64,000 nt of DNA from Bacteroides sp. (GTDB taxonomy: Bacteria; Bacteroidota; Bacteroidia; Bacteroidales; Muribaculaceae), in the NCBI GenBank assembly GCA_014802105.1, contig JAAVCX010000033.1, positions 14,242 to 78,241 on the forward strand. Direction: 5' to 3'. The notes beneath the pieces were generated by a model. It worked only from the letters and a program-made list of their open reading frames with translations. It had not been told where the DNA came from and searched no databases. Every line of letters begins with the position of its first letter. Position 1 is the first letter of the stretch. Of the stretch, positions 38,918 to 49,456 are shown piece by piece. The position numbers and the translations under genes were made by a program.

Positions 38918-39513
38918 AGATTTTTGAGTAGGACAAGCATGTCGCGTTCCACGCCCTCGACCACCGGGGCTATATAGGCAGGATCGGCTCTCAGGCTGTC
39001 GGGCACATTGACCACGAGCGCACCGCTGAGCATCTCTCCGTGTCTCCAAGCCAGCACCTGCACGGGAGTGGTGACCGAGGCCCTGGCCACTACCAACTGA
39101 CAGTCCCAGCCGCCGCGGCTGGTGAGCTCGATCAGCTCGGCACGTTCCTGTCCAAGATTGAGAGCCATGCGTTCACGACGGTTTTCGAGAGCCTCGGCTA
39201 TCTCGAGAGTATCGTCGCTCTGAGTGAGGGTGAGATAGAGTTCGGGCGAGGTGAGACACTTGTATCTGACATCGATCCAGGCTCCGCGCATAGCTCCCGA
39301 GGGGCTCTCGTGGATCTCTGTAGAGTCATTGAAAAGCATGGTCACTCCGCCTATCTCGATGGGCACATAGACCGAGTCGGGAAACTCGATGCGCGGATAG
39401 GCCTGAGGGCGCGGCGCATAACCGGCGTCACCCTTACCGCCACAAGAACTCATGGAGAGGGCAAGCGCCAAAGCGGCGAGAGTCAACGCTTTATATACAA
39501 TTTCCTTAATCAT
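38914..39513 (-). CDS. gldD: GldD-like lipoprotein
   Basis: Lipobox SSC; PRP.AYPRI.FP motif; downstream of gldE. Confidence 0.65.
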   Translation of the reverse strand: MIKEIVYKALTLAALALALSMSSCGGKGDAGYAPRPQAYPRIEFPDSVYVPIEIGGVTMLFNDSTEIHESPSGAMRGAWIDVRYKCLTSPELYLTLTQSDDTLEIAEALENRRERMALNLGQERAELIELTSRGGWDCQLVVARASVTTPVQVLAWRHGEMLSGALVVNVPDSLRADPAYIAPVVEGVERDMLVLLKNL

Positions 39514-39558
39514 GACAGCAGAGACCTATATTCATGCAGGCCGGGAGGAGAAAGGTCA

Positions 39559-40974
39559 TTATATCATCTGGTCGGGCTGAATTTCATTCATCACCCTCAC
39601 TCTCACATTCACTATGCGGTGATTTTTGACCGAGAGCACCAGAAAACGGCAGCAGCCATAGACGATCGACTCCTTATCTTTGGGGAAGTCGCCCTTGATC
39701 GCGAGCAACATTCCGGCCAGAGTCTCACAGTCCTCGGTGACAGCTGCATAGTCATCCTCGTTGACTCCGGTGACACGGAAGAAGTCGTTGAGCAGGGTCT
39801 TGCCTTCAAAAACCCACGAGCCGTCGGGCGACTTGCGATAGGTCTTCTCCTCGTCGTCATACTCATCATCTATGTCGCCGACTATCTCCTCGAGCACATC
39901 CTCGAGCGACACGATGCCCTGGGTGCCACCAAACTCATCGATCACGATAGCCAGATGGACACGCCGCGAGCGGAAATCCTCGAGCAGATCGTCGATCATG
40001 CGCGACTCGGGCACATAGTAAGGTTCCCTCATGAGGGTCTGCCACTTGAAGCCGTCACAGTCATCCCGTCCGACGTATGGGAGCAGGTCGCGGGAATAGA
40101 GCACACCCTTGATATTGTCCATGGTGTCCTCATAGACCGGCAGACGGGCAAAACCGCTGTCGATCACGACCTTCATCACCTCGGGGAAGGTCAGCTCCAT
40201 ATCGAGGCCGGTGACATCGACACGCGGTGTCATCACCTCCGAGGCCGTAGTGTCGCCGAAGCGCAGGATCCCCTCGAGGATATCCTTGTCCTGGGCCGAT
40301 TTCACCTCAGTGATCTCGAGCGCGGTCGAGAGATCGTCGGCCGTGAGCGAGTCGTTCTTCTTGGGCACGACTTTCTTGACTATCACCGAACTCTTGACAA
40401 GCACCGACGAGAGGGGTCTGAAAAAACTCACGAGCGCCGAGAGGGGGCCGGCAGCCATGCGGGTCCACTTGAGGTTATCGCTGTTGGCATAAAGTTTGGG
40501 CAACACCTCTCCGAAGAGCAGGATAAGGAACGTCAGCAAGACGGTCTGGAGGATGAAACTTGCCACTTCGCTCATACCGTCGAAGAGCGGCCCGAGAGCA
40601 AAGTTACAGAGCACGACAATAGTCACGTTCACGAGATTGTTGGCTATCAATATAGTGGCCAGCAACCGCTCGGGACGCGACAAAAGTGACAGAATACGCC
40701 GTGACAAGGGGGTATCTTCCTCCTCGAGATCGCCCACCTGAGAGGGGGTGAGTGAAAAATAAGCGATCTCACATCCCGACACAAAGGCCGAACAGAAGAG
40801 CGCGACGACAGCCAGCGCCAAAGCAACTATCTGGGAGGCGCCGAGGACGGGAACAGCAAGGGGAGTGAACAAATCAAGCCGGCTCAAAAGCTGACTGAAG
40901 GCTTCAGTGGCCGGTAAAGGGTCAGTATCCAAGGGTGTGGGTGTAGGTGAGACAATCGGTCGCGGCTGCTTCAT
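39559..40974 (-). CDS. gldE: GldE / CNNM-CBS-CorC (HlyC) domain protein
   Basis: SAFVSGCEIAYFSL, LLATILIANN, FGEVLPK, MTPRVD, DEFGGTQG..LED.LEEIVG; start uncertain. Confidence 0.88.
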   Translation of the reverse strand: MKQPRPIVSPTPTPLDTDPLPATEAFSQLLSRLDLFTPLAVPVLGASQIVALALAVVALFCSAFVSGCEIAYFSLTPSQVGDLEEEDTPLSRRILSLLSRPERLLATILIANNLVNVTIVVLCNFALGPLFDGMSEVASFILQTVLLTFLILLFGEVLPKLYANSDNLKWTRMAAGPLSALVSFFRPLSSVLVKSSVIVKKVVPKKNDSLTADDLSTALEITEVKSAQDKDILEGILRFGDTTASEVMTPRVDVTGLDMELTFPEVMKVVIDSGFARLPVYEDTMDNIKGVLYSRDLLPYVGRDDCDGFKWQTLMREPYYVPESRMIDDLLEDFRSRRVHLAIVIDEFGGTQGIVSLEDVLEEIVGDIDDEYDDEEKTYRKSPDGSWVFEGKTLLNDFFRVTGVNEDDYAAVTEDCETLAGMLLAIKGDFPKDKESIVYGCCRFLVLSVKNHRIVNVRVRVMNEIQPDQMI

Positions 40975-41066
40975 GTTGCAATCTCCGCGACACGTTAACG
41001 CCGCAAAATTAATTAAAATTCCTCATATTAGCAAGGAATATCACGCCCGGAATAGATCGGCAGGCC

Positions 41067-42026
41067 TCAGAATATGTGGCGGAAGAGCCGGAGCATCGGC
41101 CGCGAGACATGGACTATGCGATCAAAATATCTGTATATAAACCCTACCGTGAGCGGATAGTCGGTCACCCCCCTCACCTTTTTATACAGGGCATTTGCGA
41201 GAGCTTCACGACGCTCGCGCTCCACGCAGGTGTCAGCCACGGCAGCCTCGCGACGGTAGATGGCGGCAAGGAGTATCGAGCGCAGATCGACGAGGAAGAG
41301 CCAGCGCCGACGGCTGGAATGGTCGGGAGGGAGAGCCTCCACCCGGCCGCGGATCGTTTCGAGCGTGTGTTCCCAGCGTTCGGGATGATTGCTCTTGAGT
41401 GTCCCGGTGATCGACTGCTCCTGATAGCGCGTAGTGACCGACGGGCTTCCGGGCAGTTTGGCCATGCGCGCCCCGGCGATTATCAGTCTCACCCCGAGCT
41501 CGATGTCGTCCCAGCCAAAATCGGTTTCGTCCCATCCGCCCACACTTCTGAACAGCTCGGTGCGCGCTATATAACGCTGAGTGGCCAGCGACCCTCGCCA
41601 AAGGTTCCACAGCATAGGGCTGACCCTCGCCATGAAGTATCCCATCACCGTGCCGCGGTCGGGGAGTTCGACATAGATGTCGCGTCCCAGCAGATCGCAG
41701 TCGGGATGGGCGGCTATACCGTCGGCAAAGTCGGCCACATGATTGGGGTGCATGAGGTCGTCGGAATCAAAGAACATTGTCCACTCCGTGTCGACCTCGC
41801 GCAGGCCGCGGTTGCGGGCCGCGGCGGCTCCGGGCCGGGACTCGGAGACCACCGTGACGTAGGGGCGCGTCGAGGCCCATTCTGTGATGATGGAAAGAGA
41901 GGAGTCGGTAGAGGCGTTATCCACAAGTATCACCCTGTCGGGGCGTCGGGTCTGAGCGTCGATACTCGCCAGAGTCGACGGCAGAGTGGACTCTCGGTTG
42001 TAGACGGGGATAACGACGGTGATCAT
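41067..42026 (-). CDS. GT2-family glycosyltransferase
   Basis: VVIPVYNR, VDNASTD, ARNRG, FFDSDD. Confidence 0.9.
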   Translation of the reverse strand: MITVVIPVYNRESTLPSTLASIDAQTRRPDRVILVDNASTDSSLSIITEWASTRPYVTVVSESRPGAAAARNRGLREVDTEWTMFFDSDDLMHPNHVADFADGIAAHPDCDLLGRDIYVELPDRGTVMGYFMARVSPMLWNLWRGSLATQRYIARTELFRSVGGWDETDFGWDDIELGVRLIIAGARMAKLPGSPSVTTRYQEQSITGTLKSNHPERWEHTLETIRGRVEALPPDHSSRRRWLFLVDLRSILLAAIYRREAAVADTCVERERREALANALYKKVRGVTDYPLTVGFIYRYFDRIVHVSRPMLRLFRHIF

Positions 42027-42047
42027 GGAGGAAAGGTAAGAAAGATT

Positions 42048-43175
42048 TCAGCGGCGGCGGTTACGCACCGAGCGTGTAGCCGTTGAGCTCGGCGAGCTCT
42101 TGGTGGCCTTGGGCTTCTTGACCTTGGCCGGTTTTGACTTGGAGGTCAGCTTCTTTGATCCGCGCGACGAACGGGTAGCCCTCGAGGACGGCTCCTTGGC
42201 GGTATCGGCGGCAGCCACTTCGGAGCCCTCGCCGTTTTTCTCAGCCTCAGCCTTGGCGGCAGCCTCGCGACGGGCGGCGAGCTCTTCGAGCGAGGGAACC
42301 CAGAGTTTCTTCTCGTAGTCGTCGAGATTTTTCTGAATACTGTCGCGGGCGTGGGTCAGATCGTCGGGATCGGGGTGGAGCTGCATGAGCGACTTATTGC
42401 GCAGATTGCGGGTCTTGTAGATCTCGCCCTCATAGAGACCAAGCTGAAAATAGTCGTCGTAAGTGCTCGAGGCGAGATTGTTGTCATCGTCGGTAAAGAT
42501 CTGCTGAGTGATCAGATAGGGGCGCAGATCAGAATACTTGACCCAGAACATAGGATATTTCACCGCCTCGGCCCCGAAATCGCCGGCGCGGTGGAGCACC
42601 GGACAAATGGCCTCGACACGTGCCCGCATACGGTTCTGACGGCGGTCAAACTCCCATTTCTCTATCACATAGTAGCTCAACACCTCCGAGGCCGGTATGT
42701 CAGAGTCCTCGATGGTGTAGCGTGGATTCTTCTCGGTCGAGCCTTTGGCCGGAGAGTGAAGTATGTAGAAACGGTCGAGCACGTCGCCCATCTTCACGCG
42801 ATAGTCGTCGGTAAACATCTCGCGTCCGTCGAGATATTCATAGGCCGGAAGCTGACCCTCGGCCATGCGCTTGATGATGATGCGGAACAGATTGTCCTGC
42901 CCCTCGACCGGCTCGTCGGGGAAATAGAGAGCACCGTTGGCTTCCTTGGTCAGATCGAGCGAGCGATACATCACCTTCATCCACTGCAACTCGCTGTCGT
43001 CGGCCTCGGGAACCTCCATGCGTGCCTGCTGGCGCGGAGTGACTGTCGAAGCCGAGCGCTGTGTCTTACGGTCAGAGGCACTGCGGCGTGTCACGGCCGA
43101 GCCGGTGGAATTGTTCTGAGCCACTGAGCTCAGGGCGGCTACAAGCGATATGGCGACAAGAAGAAGTTTCTTCAT
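42048..43175 (-). CDS. porN: T9SS ring protein PorN/GldN
   Basis: W.K..YR.LDL..E.N..LYFP, E.W.FD......R..AICP; position after porM. Confidence 0.92.
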   Translation of the reverse strand: MKKLLLVAISLVAALSSVAQNNSTGSAVTRRSASDRKTQRSASTVTPRQQARMEVPEADDSELQWMKVMYRSLDLTKEANGALYFPDEPVEGQDNLFRIIIKRMAEGQLPAYEYLDGREMFTDDYRVKMGDVLDRFYILHSPAKGSTEKNPRYTIEDSDIPASEVLSYYVIEKWEFDRRQNRMRARVEAICPVLHRAGDFGAEAVKYPMFWVKYSDLRPYLITQQIFTDDDNNLASSTYDDYFQLGLYEGEIYKTRNLRNKSLMQLHPDPDDLTHARDSIQKNLDDYEKKLWVPSLEELAARREAAAKAEAEKNGEGSEVAAADTAKEPSSRATRSSRGSKKLTSKSKPAKVKKPKATKSSPSSTATRSVRNRRR

Positions 43176-43251
43176 TTTTCTTGAGAGTTTTCACATTTGT
43201 TATTAAACAGCCTCTAAAGCTTTAGAAGGCGGGGAGGGAGAAGCATTGTCA

Positions 43252-44808
43252 TCAGTTGACAATAACCTCCATCGGAGAGAGAGTGCGCTCGATACCGTCG
43301 GGGCCCTTGGCGCGGATGCGCGAGATATAGAAACGCTTGCCACGGCTCAGACGTCGGAACTGGTCGCGCTGACGCTGAGTGAACTGCGAGCCCTGGCTCA
43401 CCTCGGGGATAGCGTTGCCCATCTGGTCAAAAAAGACCGTCTCAAATCCGAGCACCTGGAAATTGATGTCGAGCATATCGTCGTCGATAGCCGCCTCCAG
43501 ACCCGGCAGATTGGTGAGCACAGCCTTCGATATGGGGCGGCCCCCCTTATAACGCTCTTTGTCGCCGGGGAGCGACAGGTAGGCGGTCGGATCGGGCAGA
43601 CGGCGCACACGGAAGGTGGTCGAGGAGACCGTCTGGGGCCGGCCGTCGATATTGGCCGTAACCGTCACGGTAGCATTCTCACCGACCTTGGCCGGACGGG
43701 CCACCCACGAGTCACCCTGACGCGACAGAGTACCGTTGGTCATAGTGGCCGATACATCTTTCATAGGCACACCGGGCACTGAAATGCTTACCGGGTTATT
43801 GATGCCGGCATAGAGCACATTCATCATGGTAGCCGAGACGGTGGCCGAAGGCTCCATCACGGTGTAGGACGAGGTGAACGGATGGCGTGTGGTCGAGCCG
43901 TCGCCGTGGGCCACCTCTATATAGCCCGAGTAGTCAAAAGTGCCGGTGCGCGAGGTGGCGAGTTCATAGACTCCACGATCGCCGGGGAGCTTCGAGCCTC
44001 CAACATATATATCGGGACGGGCGGTGGTGTCGACGGCTGCGAGCACAATCGACGCCGAGTAACGGCCTCCACGCATGACCATGCGCGAATTGGGGATCAC
44101 AAACGCATTAAGTTCGTTGACCCTGACGTCGCCCGCATCGACAGCGGCCAGCAGACTCGAGAGGGCCTCACCCTCGGCATAGCGCACATCGTTCTGGAGC
44201 TTGGTGAGCAGAGTGACGGCGGCTACCAGGGGCTGGTTTTCAAACTTAGCCTCCTCCCAGAGCTGAGAGGTGAGAGTACCCGGGCGCGAGAAGGGAGCGG
44301 TGGAGAGCGCCGACTCTATAGCCGAGCGCTTGGCCGAGTCGGTCACACAGGCGGTGACCTGAGAGCGGTAGGCCTCCACTGACTCGCGCAGATGCTTGCC
44401 CTTTGAGTCGACGGGGCCGAGCATCACTATGGCGGCGGCATCGAGATTTTCACGACCCTGAATGTCGGAAAGTGTTCCTTCGGGGCCGTCGGCTTCCCTG
44501 ACTATTTCGAGTTTGAGGGAGTCGATATGCTGATAGAGGCGATCGGCGCCGAGACGCACCTCGTCGGCCCGACGGAGCCACGGAGTGCCTTTATCGGGAT
44601 TAAGATCGGTGAACGCGCGCAGTTGGGAGTAGATAGCATCGTTGCGCTGACCTACCGACTCATTGGTTTTCGCAAGGCCGTCCTCAACCTGCGCGAAACC
44701 GTCGAGCACATCGCTCGAGACGTTAAGCGCAAGCATAGCGGTCAGGACGATATACATGAGGTTTATCATCCTCTGACGCGGAGAAAGTCTTCCTACTGAT
44801 TCGGCCAT
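43252..44808 (-). CDS. porM: T9SS motor protein PorM/GldM
   Basis: SPRQRMINLMYIVLTAMLALNVS; MNVLYAGI.NP. Confidence 0.95.
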   Translation of the reverse strand: MAESVGRLSPRQRMINLMYIVLTAMLALNVSSDVLDGFAQVEDGLAKTNESVGQRNDAIYSQLRAFTDLNPDKGTPWLRRADEVRLGADRLYQHIDSLKLEIVREADGPEGTLSDIQGRENLDAAAIVMLGPVDSKGKHLRESVEAYRSQVTACVTDSAKRSAIESALSTAPFSRPGTLTSQLWEEAKFENQPLVAAVTLLTKLQNDVRYAEGEALSSLLAAVDAGDVRVNELNAFVIPNSRMVMRGGRYSASIVLAAVDTTARPDIYVGGSKLPGDRGVYELATSRTGTFDYSGYIEVAHGDGSTTRHPFTSSYTVMEPSATVSATMMNVLYAGINNPVSISVPGVPMKDVSATMTNGTLSRQGDSWVARPAKVGENATVTVTANIDGRPQTVSSTTFRVRRLPDPTAYLSLPGDKERYKGGRPISKAVLTNLPGLEAAIDDDMLDINFQVLGFETVFFDQMGNAIPEVSQGSQFTQRQRDQFRRLSRGKRFYISRIRAKGPDGIERTLSPMEVIVN

Positions 44809-44810
44809 TT

Positions 44811-44845
44811 AGTATAGAGTATAGAGTATAGGGTATAGAGTAGAG
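44811..44845. repeat. Heptamer tandem repeat (AGTATAG)n
   Basis: AGTATAG x3, GGTATAG, AGTAGAG immediately upstream of the porM ATG. Confidence 0.85.
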
Positions 44846-44862
44846 AGAGAACTATAGAAAGA

Positions 44863-45777
44863 TCACAGAGAGCCTGACGACTGGGCGCCGGGGATGTCAG
44901 AGACCATCGGACGATACATATTGACCGTCATGGCCGAGAGCATCTTTTCATAGACCTGGTTGAGCTGCTGCATGGAGCGGGCGAGCTTCTCGGTCTCCTC
45001 GCAGTAGCGGGCGCTCTGGGAGGCACTCTTCTCATACATATCGCGGATATCCTTGATGCCACGGTTGACGCGGTCGATCGACTCGAGCTGAGAGGAGACA
45101 CTCTTGAGCTGTATCTCATAGATGGTGTTGAGACCGCCGATATTGCGGTTGAGATCGGCCATGCGGCTCACATAGTCACGTGAGTTTTCAGTGACAGCCG
45201 AGGAGTTGTCGGTGACAGCCTGATAGCTCTGAAGGAGCAGCTCGGAGACGGCATTGAGATTGCGGGTAGTCTCGCGCAATTGGGCAAGCTGCTCGGTGAT
45301 GGAGTTCATCTGCTCCACATAGTTGCGGGTGGCCTCGGTCATCTCGGCCGAATTGAAAGTCTCCTGAGCCGCGGGTGACGGCGCTACGGCTACCGCGCCA
45401 CCGGCTGCGGCGCCGCTGACATTGCCGGCCACAGTCTCAACCTGACCTCCGACAGTACGTGTATGAGTGATTGCGGCCGGAGTCTCACCCTCCTCCACCT
45501 CTGCCGCTCTACCTCTCACGGAGTCAAGCTCGGGGAAGACCTCCTCCCAATGATACTCCTTGGGGGGACGGTCAAAGGCGGTGAGTATGAACATGAGCAC
45601 CTCGGTGCCCATACCGATACAGAGCAGAGTGTTTCCGCCGGGAAGATGGAGGATTTTGAAGAGAGCGCCGAGGATCACGATGGCGGCACCCACACTGTAA
45701 GCGAAATTAAAGAGACGCTGTCCGCCCTCCCAGGTGGTGAGGGTGCGGTAACGTTCCTTGAGGGAGCTTTTATCCAT
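44863..45777 (-). CDS. porL: T9SS motor protein PorL/GldL
   Basis: YS.GAAIVILGALFKILH, GMGTE, WEEVFPEL, LNQVY..ML.AM. Confidence 0.95.
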   Translation of the reverse strand: MDKSSLKERYRTLTTWEGGQRLFNFAYSVGAAIVILGALFKILHLPGGNTLLCIGMGTEVLMFILTAFDRPPKEYHWEEVFPELDSVRGRAAEVEEGETPAAITHTRTVGGQVETVAGNVSGAAAGGAVAVAPSPAAQETFNSAEMTEATRNYVEQMNSITEQLAQLRETTRNLNAVSELLLQSYQAVTDNSSAVTENSRDYVSRMADLNRNIGGLNTIYEIQLKSVSSQLESIDRVNRGIKDIRDMYEKSASQSARYCEETEKLARSMQQLNQVYEKMLSAMTVNMYRPMVSDIPGAQSSGSL

Positions 45778-45821
45778 AACTTGGGTGTATAGGGTATAGA
45801 GTGATTGAGAGGTCGGGGAGA

Positions 45822-47261
45822 TTACTTGCGGGCCTTGTTACCCTTGGCGAAACCTATCTGGGAACGCACACAGCGGAAACCTATATAGCTACGCTGCTCG
45901 TTCTGATACTCCCACATGCGCAGGTCGGAACGCACATTGTGGGCCACGTCTTTCCAGGAGCCGCCGCGCACGATCTTGCGCTTGAGTCTGTAAGGATCGT
46001 CGGGAGCCGCGTCATAGCGATACTCGGGATTGAGGTCGCTGGTGAGCTTGTCGACACTCTCGGCATAGGCCGTCGAGGTCCACTCGCTGACGTTGCCGGC
46101 CATGTCATAGAGGCCGAAGTCGTTGGGGGCGTATGTGCCGACGCGCGAAGTGATCAGCTGGCCGTCCTGCACGAAGTTGCCCTCCTGAGGCTTGAAGTTG
46201 GCATAGAAACAGCCCTGATCCTCGGTGAGAGGCAGGTCGCCGTCCCAGGGATACTTGTTCTCGTTTTTTCCGGCTCGGGCCGCATACTCCCACTCGGCCT
46301 CGGTCGGGAGGCGGTAGGGCTCTACATAGACACCCTCCTTGCCGAGCGAACGGCGCAGGAAGTCGGTGCGCCAGTTGGCGAATGCATTGGCCTGCTCCCA
46401 GCTGACACCAACCACGGGGTAGTCGCTGTAACCGCCGTGAGCGAAGTACATGCGCACGTAGGGCTCGTTGTAGGCGTTGTCAAAGTCATTGATCCAGGCC
46501 GTGGTGTCGGGATAGACGTTTACTATATAGGTGTTCACGAAGTCGTGGGGGCCGGTGAGGGCGCGCGTGATGGTCTGGCGGATGATCTCACCCTCGTCGT
46601 TGATATAGGCGGTGTCCTTGGAGATCACCGGGAGCTCCGTGGGCACGGGACGGTCGGTGTTGTACTCGCGGCGGGCGGGATTGAGACGGTTGCGGCGGCG
46701 GGCGGCCTCGGTGTGGTTATACACCTCATAGCGGTAGTTGAGCTGCTCGGGATCGAGCTCCTTGACCCCGGTGATCGGGTTGATGCGGTAGACACTCTCG
46801 ATGGCACGCTCCTCATCCTCGTTGGGGTTGCGCCAGGGTATAGCCTTGGCCCAGTTGAGATGGGGGGTCACGGGATTGCCCTGACGGTCTTCCTCGATCT
46901 TGAACTCCTCGTTGCCGCCGTAGGCCGGATCGGCGAGGCGCTCGCGTATGATCGAGTCGCGCACCCAGTGTACAAACTGTTTATACTTTGCATTGGTGAT
47001 CTCGGTCTCGTCCATCCAGAAAGCATCGACCGAGACTCCGCGGGGATCGGCCTTGATGTTCCACAGAGAGTCGTCCTCGCCGGGCCCCATGCGCACAGAG
47101 CCACGGTTGACGAGCACCATCCCGTAGGGGGTTGGCTCGGCCCAGGAGTGACCGCCGACACCGGTGACCTCGCCGCCGGTGGAGTTGCGGCTGCCGGTAG
47201 CGCAGCCTACGACCACGCTCAGCAGCAGAGTTAAGGAGAGTATATGAAGTATCTTTTTCAT
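45822..47261 (-). CDS. porK: T9SS lipoprotein PorK/GldK
   Basis: Lipobox, FGE-sulfatase fold (RLPTEAEWEYAAR, DMAGNVSEW, GFRCV). Confidence 0.95.
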   Translation of the reverse strand: MKKILHILSLTLLLSVVVGCATGSRNSTGGEVTGVGGHSWAEPTPYGMVLVNRGSVRMGPGEDDSLWNIKADPRGVSVDAFWMDETEITNAKYKQFVHWVRDSIIRERLADPAYGGNEEFKIEEDRQGNPVTPHLNWAKAIPWRNPNEDEERAIESVYRINPITGVKELDPEQLNYRYEVYNHTEAARRRNRLNPARREYNTDRPVPTELPVISKDTAYINDEGEIIRQTITRALTGPHDFVNTYIVNVYPDTTAWINDFDNAYNEPYVRMYFAHGGYSDYPVVGVSWEQANAFANWRTDFLRRSLGKEGVYVEPYRLPTEAEWEYAARAGKNENKYPWDGDLPLTEDQGCFYANFKPQEGNFVQDGQLITSRVGTYAPNDFGLYDMAGNVSEWTSTAYAESVDKLTSDLNPEYRYDAAPDDPYRLKRKIVRGGSWKDVAHNVRSDLRMWEYQNEQRSYIGFRCVRSQIGFAKGNKARK

Positions 47262-47264
47262 AAG

Positions 47265-48317
47265 TTACATTATGCGAATGCTTTTGTGTCGATTACGGTT
47301 TTTCTCGCTGAAGTCGAGCTTAAGGTTATAGCCGGCGAAGATTTCATGGCTGCCCGACGAGGCTTTGGATATCTCGGAGATATGATAGTCATAACTGTAT
47401 CCCACAAAAATCCCTTTGATCTCGGCGCCCAGCATCAGGGAGACGGCATCGGAGTGGCGGTAGCCTATGCCGGCCGAGAACATCTTGCGCCATCTCACAC
47501 GGGCTGTGGCGGCCACGTCAGTGTAGGTGAAATCGCTCCTGACAAGTAGCGAAGGTATCACTTCAAACAACGTGTTTTTAATCTGAATATTGCCCTCGGC
47601 CGTAAAAACCAAAGTGCGGGGGGCCTGAAATTGATAATTTTTAGCGCTTTCACCGGCCGTACCGCTACCCTCGCCGGTCGTGCCCGAAGAGCTCGAGCCC
47701 CCCTCCGTGTCAGAGAAAGTGACGGTAGGCGACGTAGCATGAAGCAACGACACTCCTGCCTTGAACTTCGGATGCACGAAGTAGACTCCGAGCCCCAGAT
47801 CGAGAGCCGAGCCCGAGAGGTCGCTCCCGGGCAGAGCCGGATCGGTCGAGGTGTGATAGTCGTCATCGTCGGGTATATAGATCTCCGAGCCCTTGAACCG
47901 CTCGTTGAGCACTCCGGCCTGGAGACCGACGGTGAGCTCGCCGCGCAGGGGTTTGATGCGTTGTTTGAAAGCGAGCTGGAGCGAGGCCGTCAGGTTATTG
48001 AACAGGCCGTAGCTCTCCTGCTGGATCACCGCTCCGCCACCCCATTTGCGGCCAAAGAGCTTGAAGGGGGAGTCGGCACACGCCACAAATGTGCGCGGAG
48101 CGTTGTCTATACCCACCCACTGGGCACGCATACCTCCGCGAAGGCGTATATTATCGGTATCGCCGGCGGCTCCGGGATTATAGTAAGTCGGCACGACCCA
48201 ATAGTGGGTCAGCACGGCATCGCCCTGAGCCACGGCGCGAGTGCCACCGGCCATCATCAGCGTCAGCACGGCGAGGAACCTCAATACAGTATGCAACACC
48301 TTAGCCTTCATGATCAT
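47265..48317 (-). CDS. porP: T9SS membrane protein PorP/SprF family
   Basis: YNPG.AG, R.QWVG...AP.T, GYSYD, GSHEI, KSIRI C-terminus. Confidence 0.92.
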   Translation of the reverse strand: MIMKAKVLHTVLRFLAVLTLMMAGGTRAVAQGDAVLTHYWVVPTYYNPGAAGDTDNIRLRGGMRAQWVGIDNAPRTFVACADSPFKLFGRKWGGGAVIQQESYGLFNNLTASLQLAFKQRIKPLRGELTVGLQAGVLNERFKGSEIYIPDDDDYHTSTDPALPGSDLSGSALDLGLGVYFVHPKFKAGVSLLHATSPTVTFSDTEGGSSSSGTTGEGSGTAGESAKNYQFQAPRTLVFTAEGNIQIKNTLFEVIPSLLVRSDFTYTDVAATARVRWRKMFSAGIGYRHSDAVSLMLGAEIKGIFVGYSYDYHISEISKASSGSHEIFAGYNLKLDFSEKNRNRHKSIRIM

Positions 48318-49075
48318 TCAAAATAGAAAGTAAACACGACCATGCGCGAGACAGCCTTCTTGAGCGAGCGGGTGATGGTCATTTTACCCGGCTCGTCCTC
48401 AAGGTCATGCCGGTCATGATCGATCACATCGCTGAGACCGAAACAAAACTTCACCTCGGGGATAAGCTTGAAATAAGGCAGATAGAAGTCACAGCCGAAG
48501 CCACAGGTGAGATAGAAGTCAAACGGCTTGGTGCGCAGCCAGTCCCCTTTGGCAGGGGTGAGATTAAACGTCGGCATCACTCCGGCCGTGAGATAGGGAC
48601 GCGACTGGCGGTAACGCAGTCCCGAGAACTTCAGGTCGAGAGGAGTGACTATATAGGTCGACTTGAGATTTTGTTTCATCTCGGCCCCGGTGGTATAGTC
48701 GCGCATGGTGATGTCGCGGTTGCCGAAATACATACCGGGGGTAAATCTCAGATTGAACAGCGACGAGAGCCTCAGATCCACCAGACCGTTGACACAGAAA
48801 CCCGGCGAGAACGAGGGCTGCTCCATATACCACTCCTCCCCTTCATCGGTGACAAAGCCGTTGTGGGTGAAAGTGATGTCCTGAGTGTGGACACCCACCG
48901 AAAAGCCCAGGTGCAGCCGACGCATATCGGCATAGGGTCGGTTGAGCACACGGTCGTTGAACGTGCGCGCCCCGGCCTCGGCCGAGCAGACCGAGACCAA
49001 AACGGCGAGCGCCACCGCAGGCATCAGCCCACGCTTCAGCCACCGCAAGATATATGTGACATTCAATCGGTTCAT
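48314..49075 (-). CDS. porT: T9SS outer-membrane protein PorT/SprT
   Basis: NRPYAD.R.LHLGFSVG, LRF.PG.YFG, YFKLIPE.KF.FGL, FYFE. Confidence 0.9.
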   Translation of the reverse strand: MNRLNVTYILRWLKRGLMPAVALAVLVSVCSAEAGARTFNDRVLNRPYADMRRLHLGFSVGVHTQDITFTHNGFVTDEGEEWYMEQPSFSPGFCVNGLVDLRLSSLFNLRFTPGMYFGNRDITMRDYTTGAEMKQNLKSTYIVTPLDLKFSGLRYRQSRPYLTAGVMPTFNLTPAKGDWLRTKPFDFYLTCGFGCDFYLPYFKLIPEVKFCFGLSDVIDHDRHDLEDEPGKMTITRSLKKAVSRMVVFTFYFE

Positions 49076-49326
49076 TGCCTAAACTTAACGTTGTCACATC
49101 CCGCTTTATTGTCAGTTATTCCTATCGAAATCCACCATCTGAAAAAACTTTCAAAATTTTTGACCAAAATATTCCCTGTTTTTGATTTTCTTTTTACTTT
49201 TGCAATAATCTTAGCCTCAACTGTCAAAACCAAAGCCTGATGGCGGATATGACTGACATAAATTCATCACCACTACCTCAAATCTTTTATCTAACCAATA
49301 ATTTCAATTATTAACTCAACTTGATT

Positions 49327-49428
49327 ATGAGAAAAGCTAAGCTATTATTTAATGCTCTTATTCTCAGCTTGTTAGTAGTCGGGGGGGTATTTTGCCAACT
49401 TCCTGACTGCCCAGAGCAGAGCAAGTGA
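49327..49428 (+). CDS. Out-of-frame 5' fragment (signal peptide) of the large T9SS cargo gene
   Basis: MRKAKLLFNALILSLLVVGG... then stop; joins the downstream ORF if the G7 tract loses one G. Confidence 0.7.
   Translation: MRKAKLLFNALILSLLVVGGVFCQLPDCPEQSK
49381..49387 (+). repeat. G7 homopolymer at the frameshift site
   Basis: GTC GGGGGGG TAT; separates the signal-peptide frame from the main ORF frame. Confidence 0.85.
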
Positions 49429-49456
49429 CTATGATTATGATCTGAGTGAATACTAT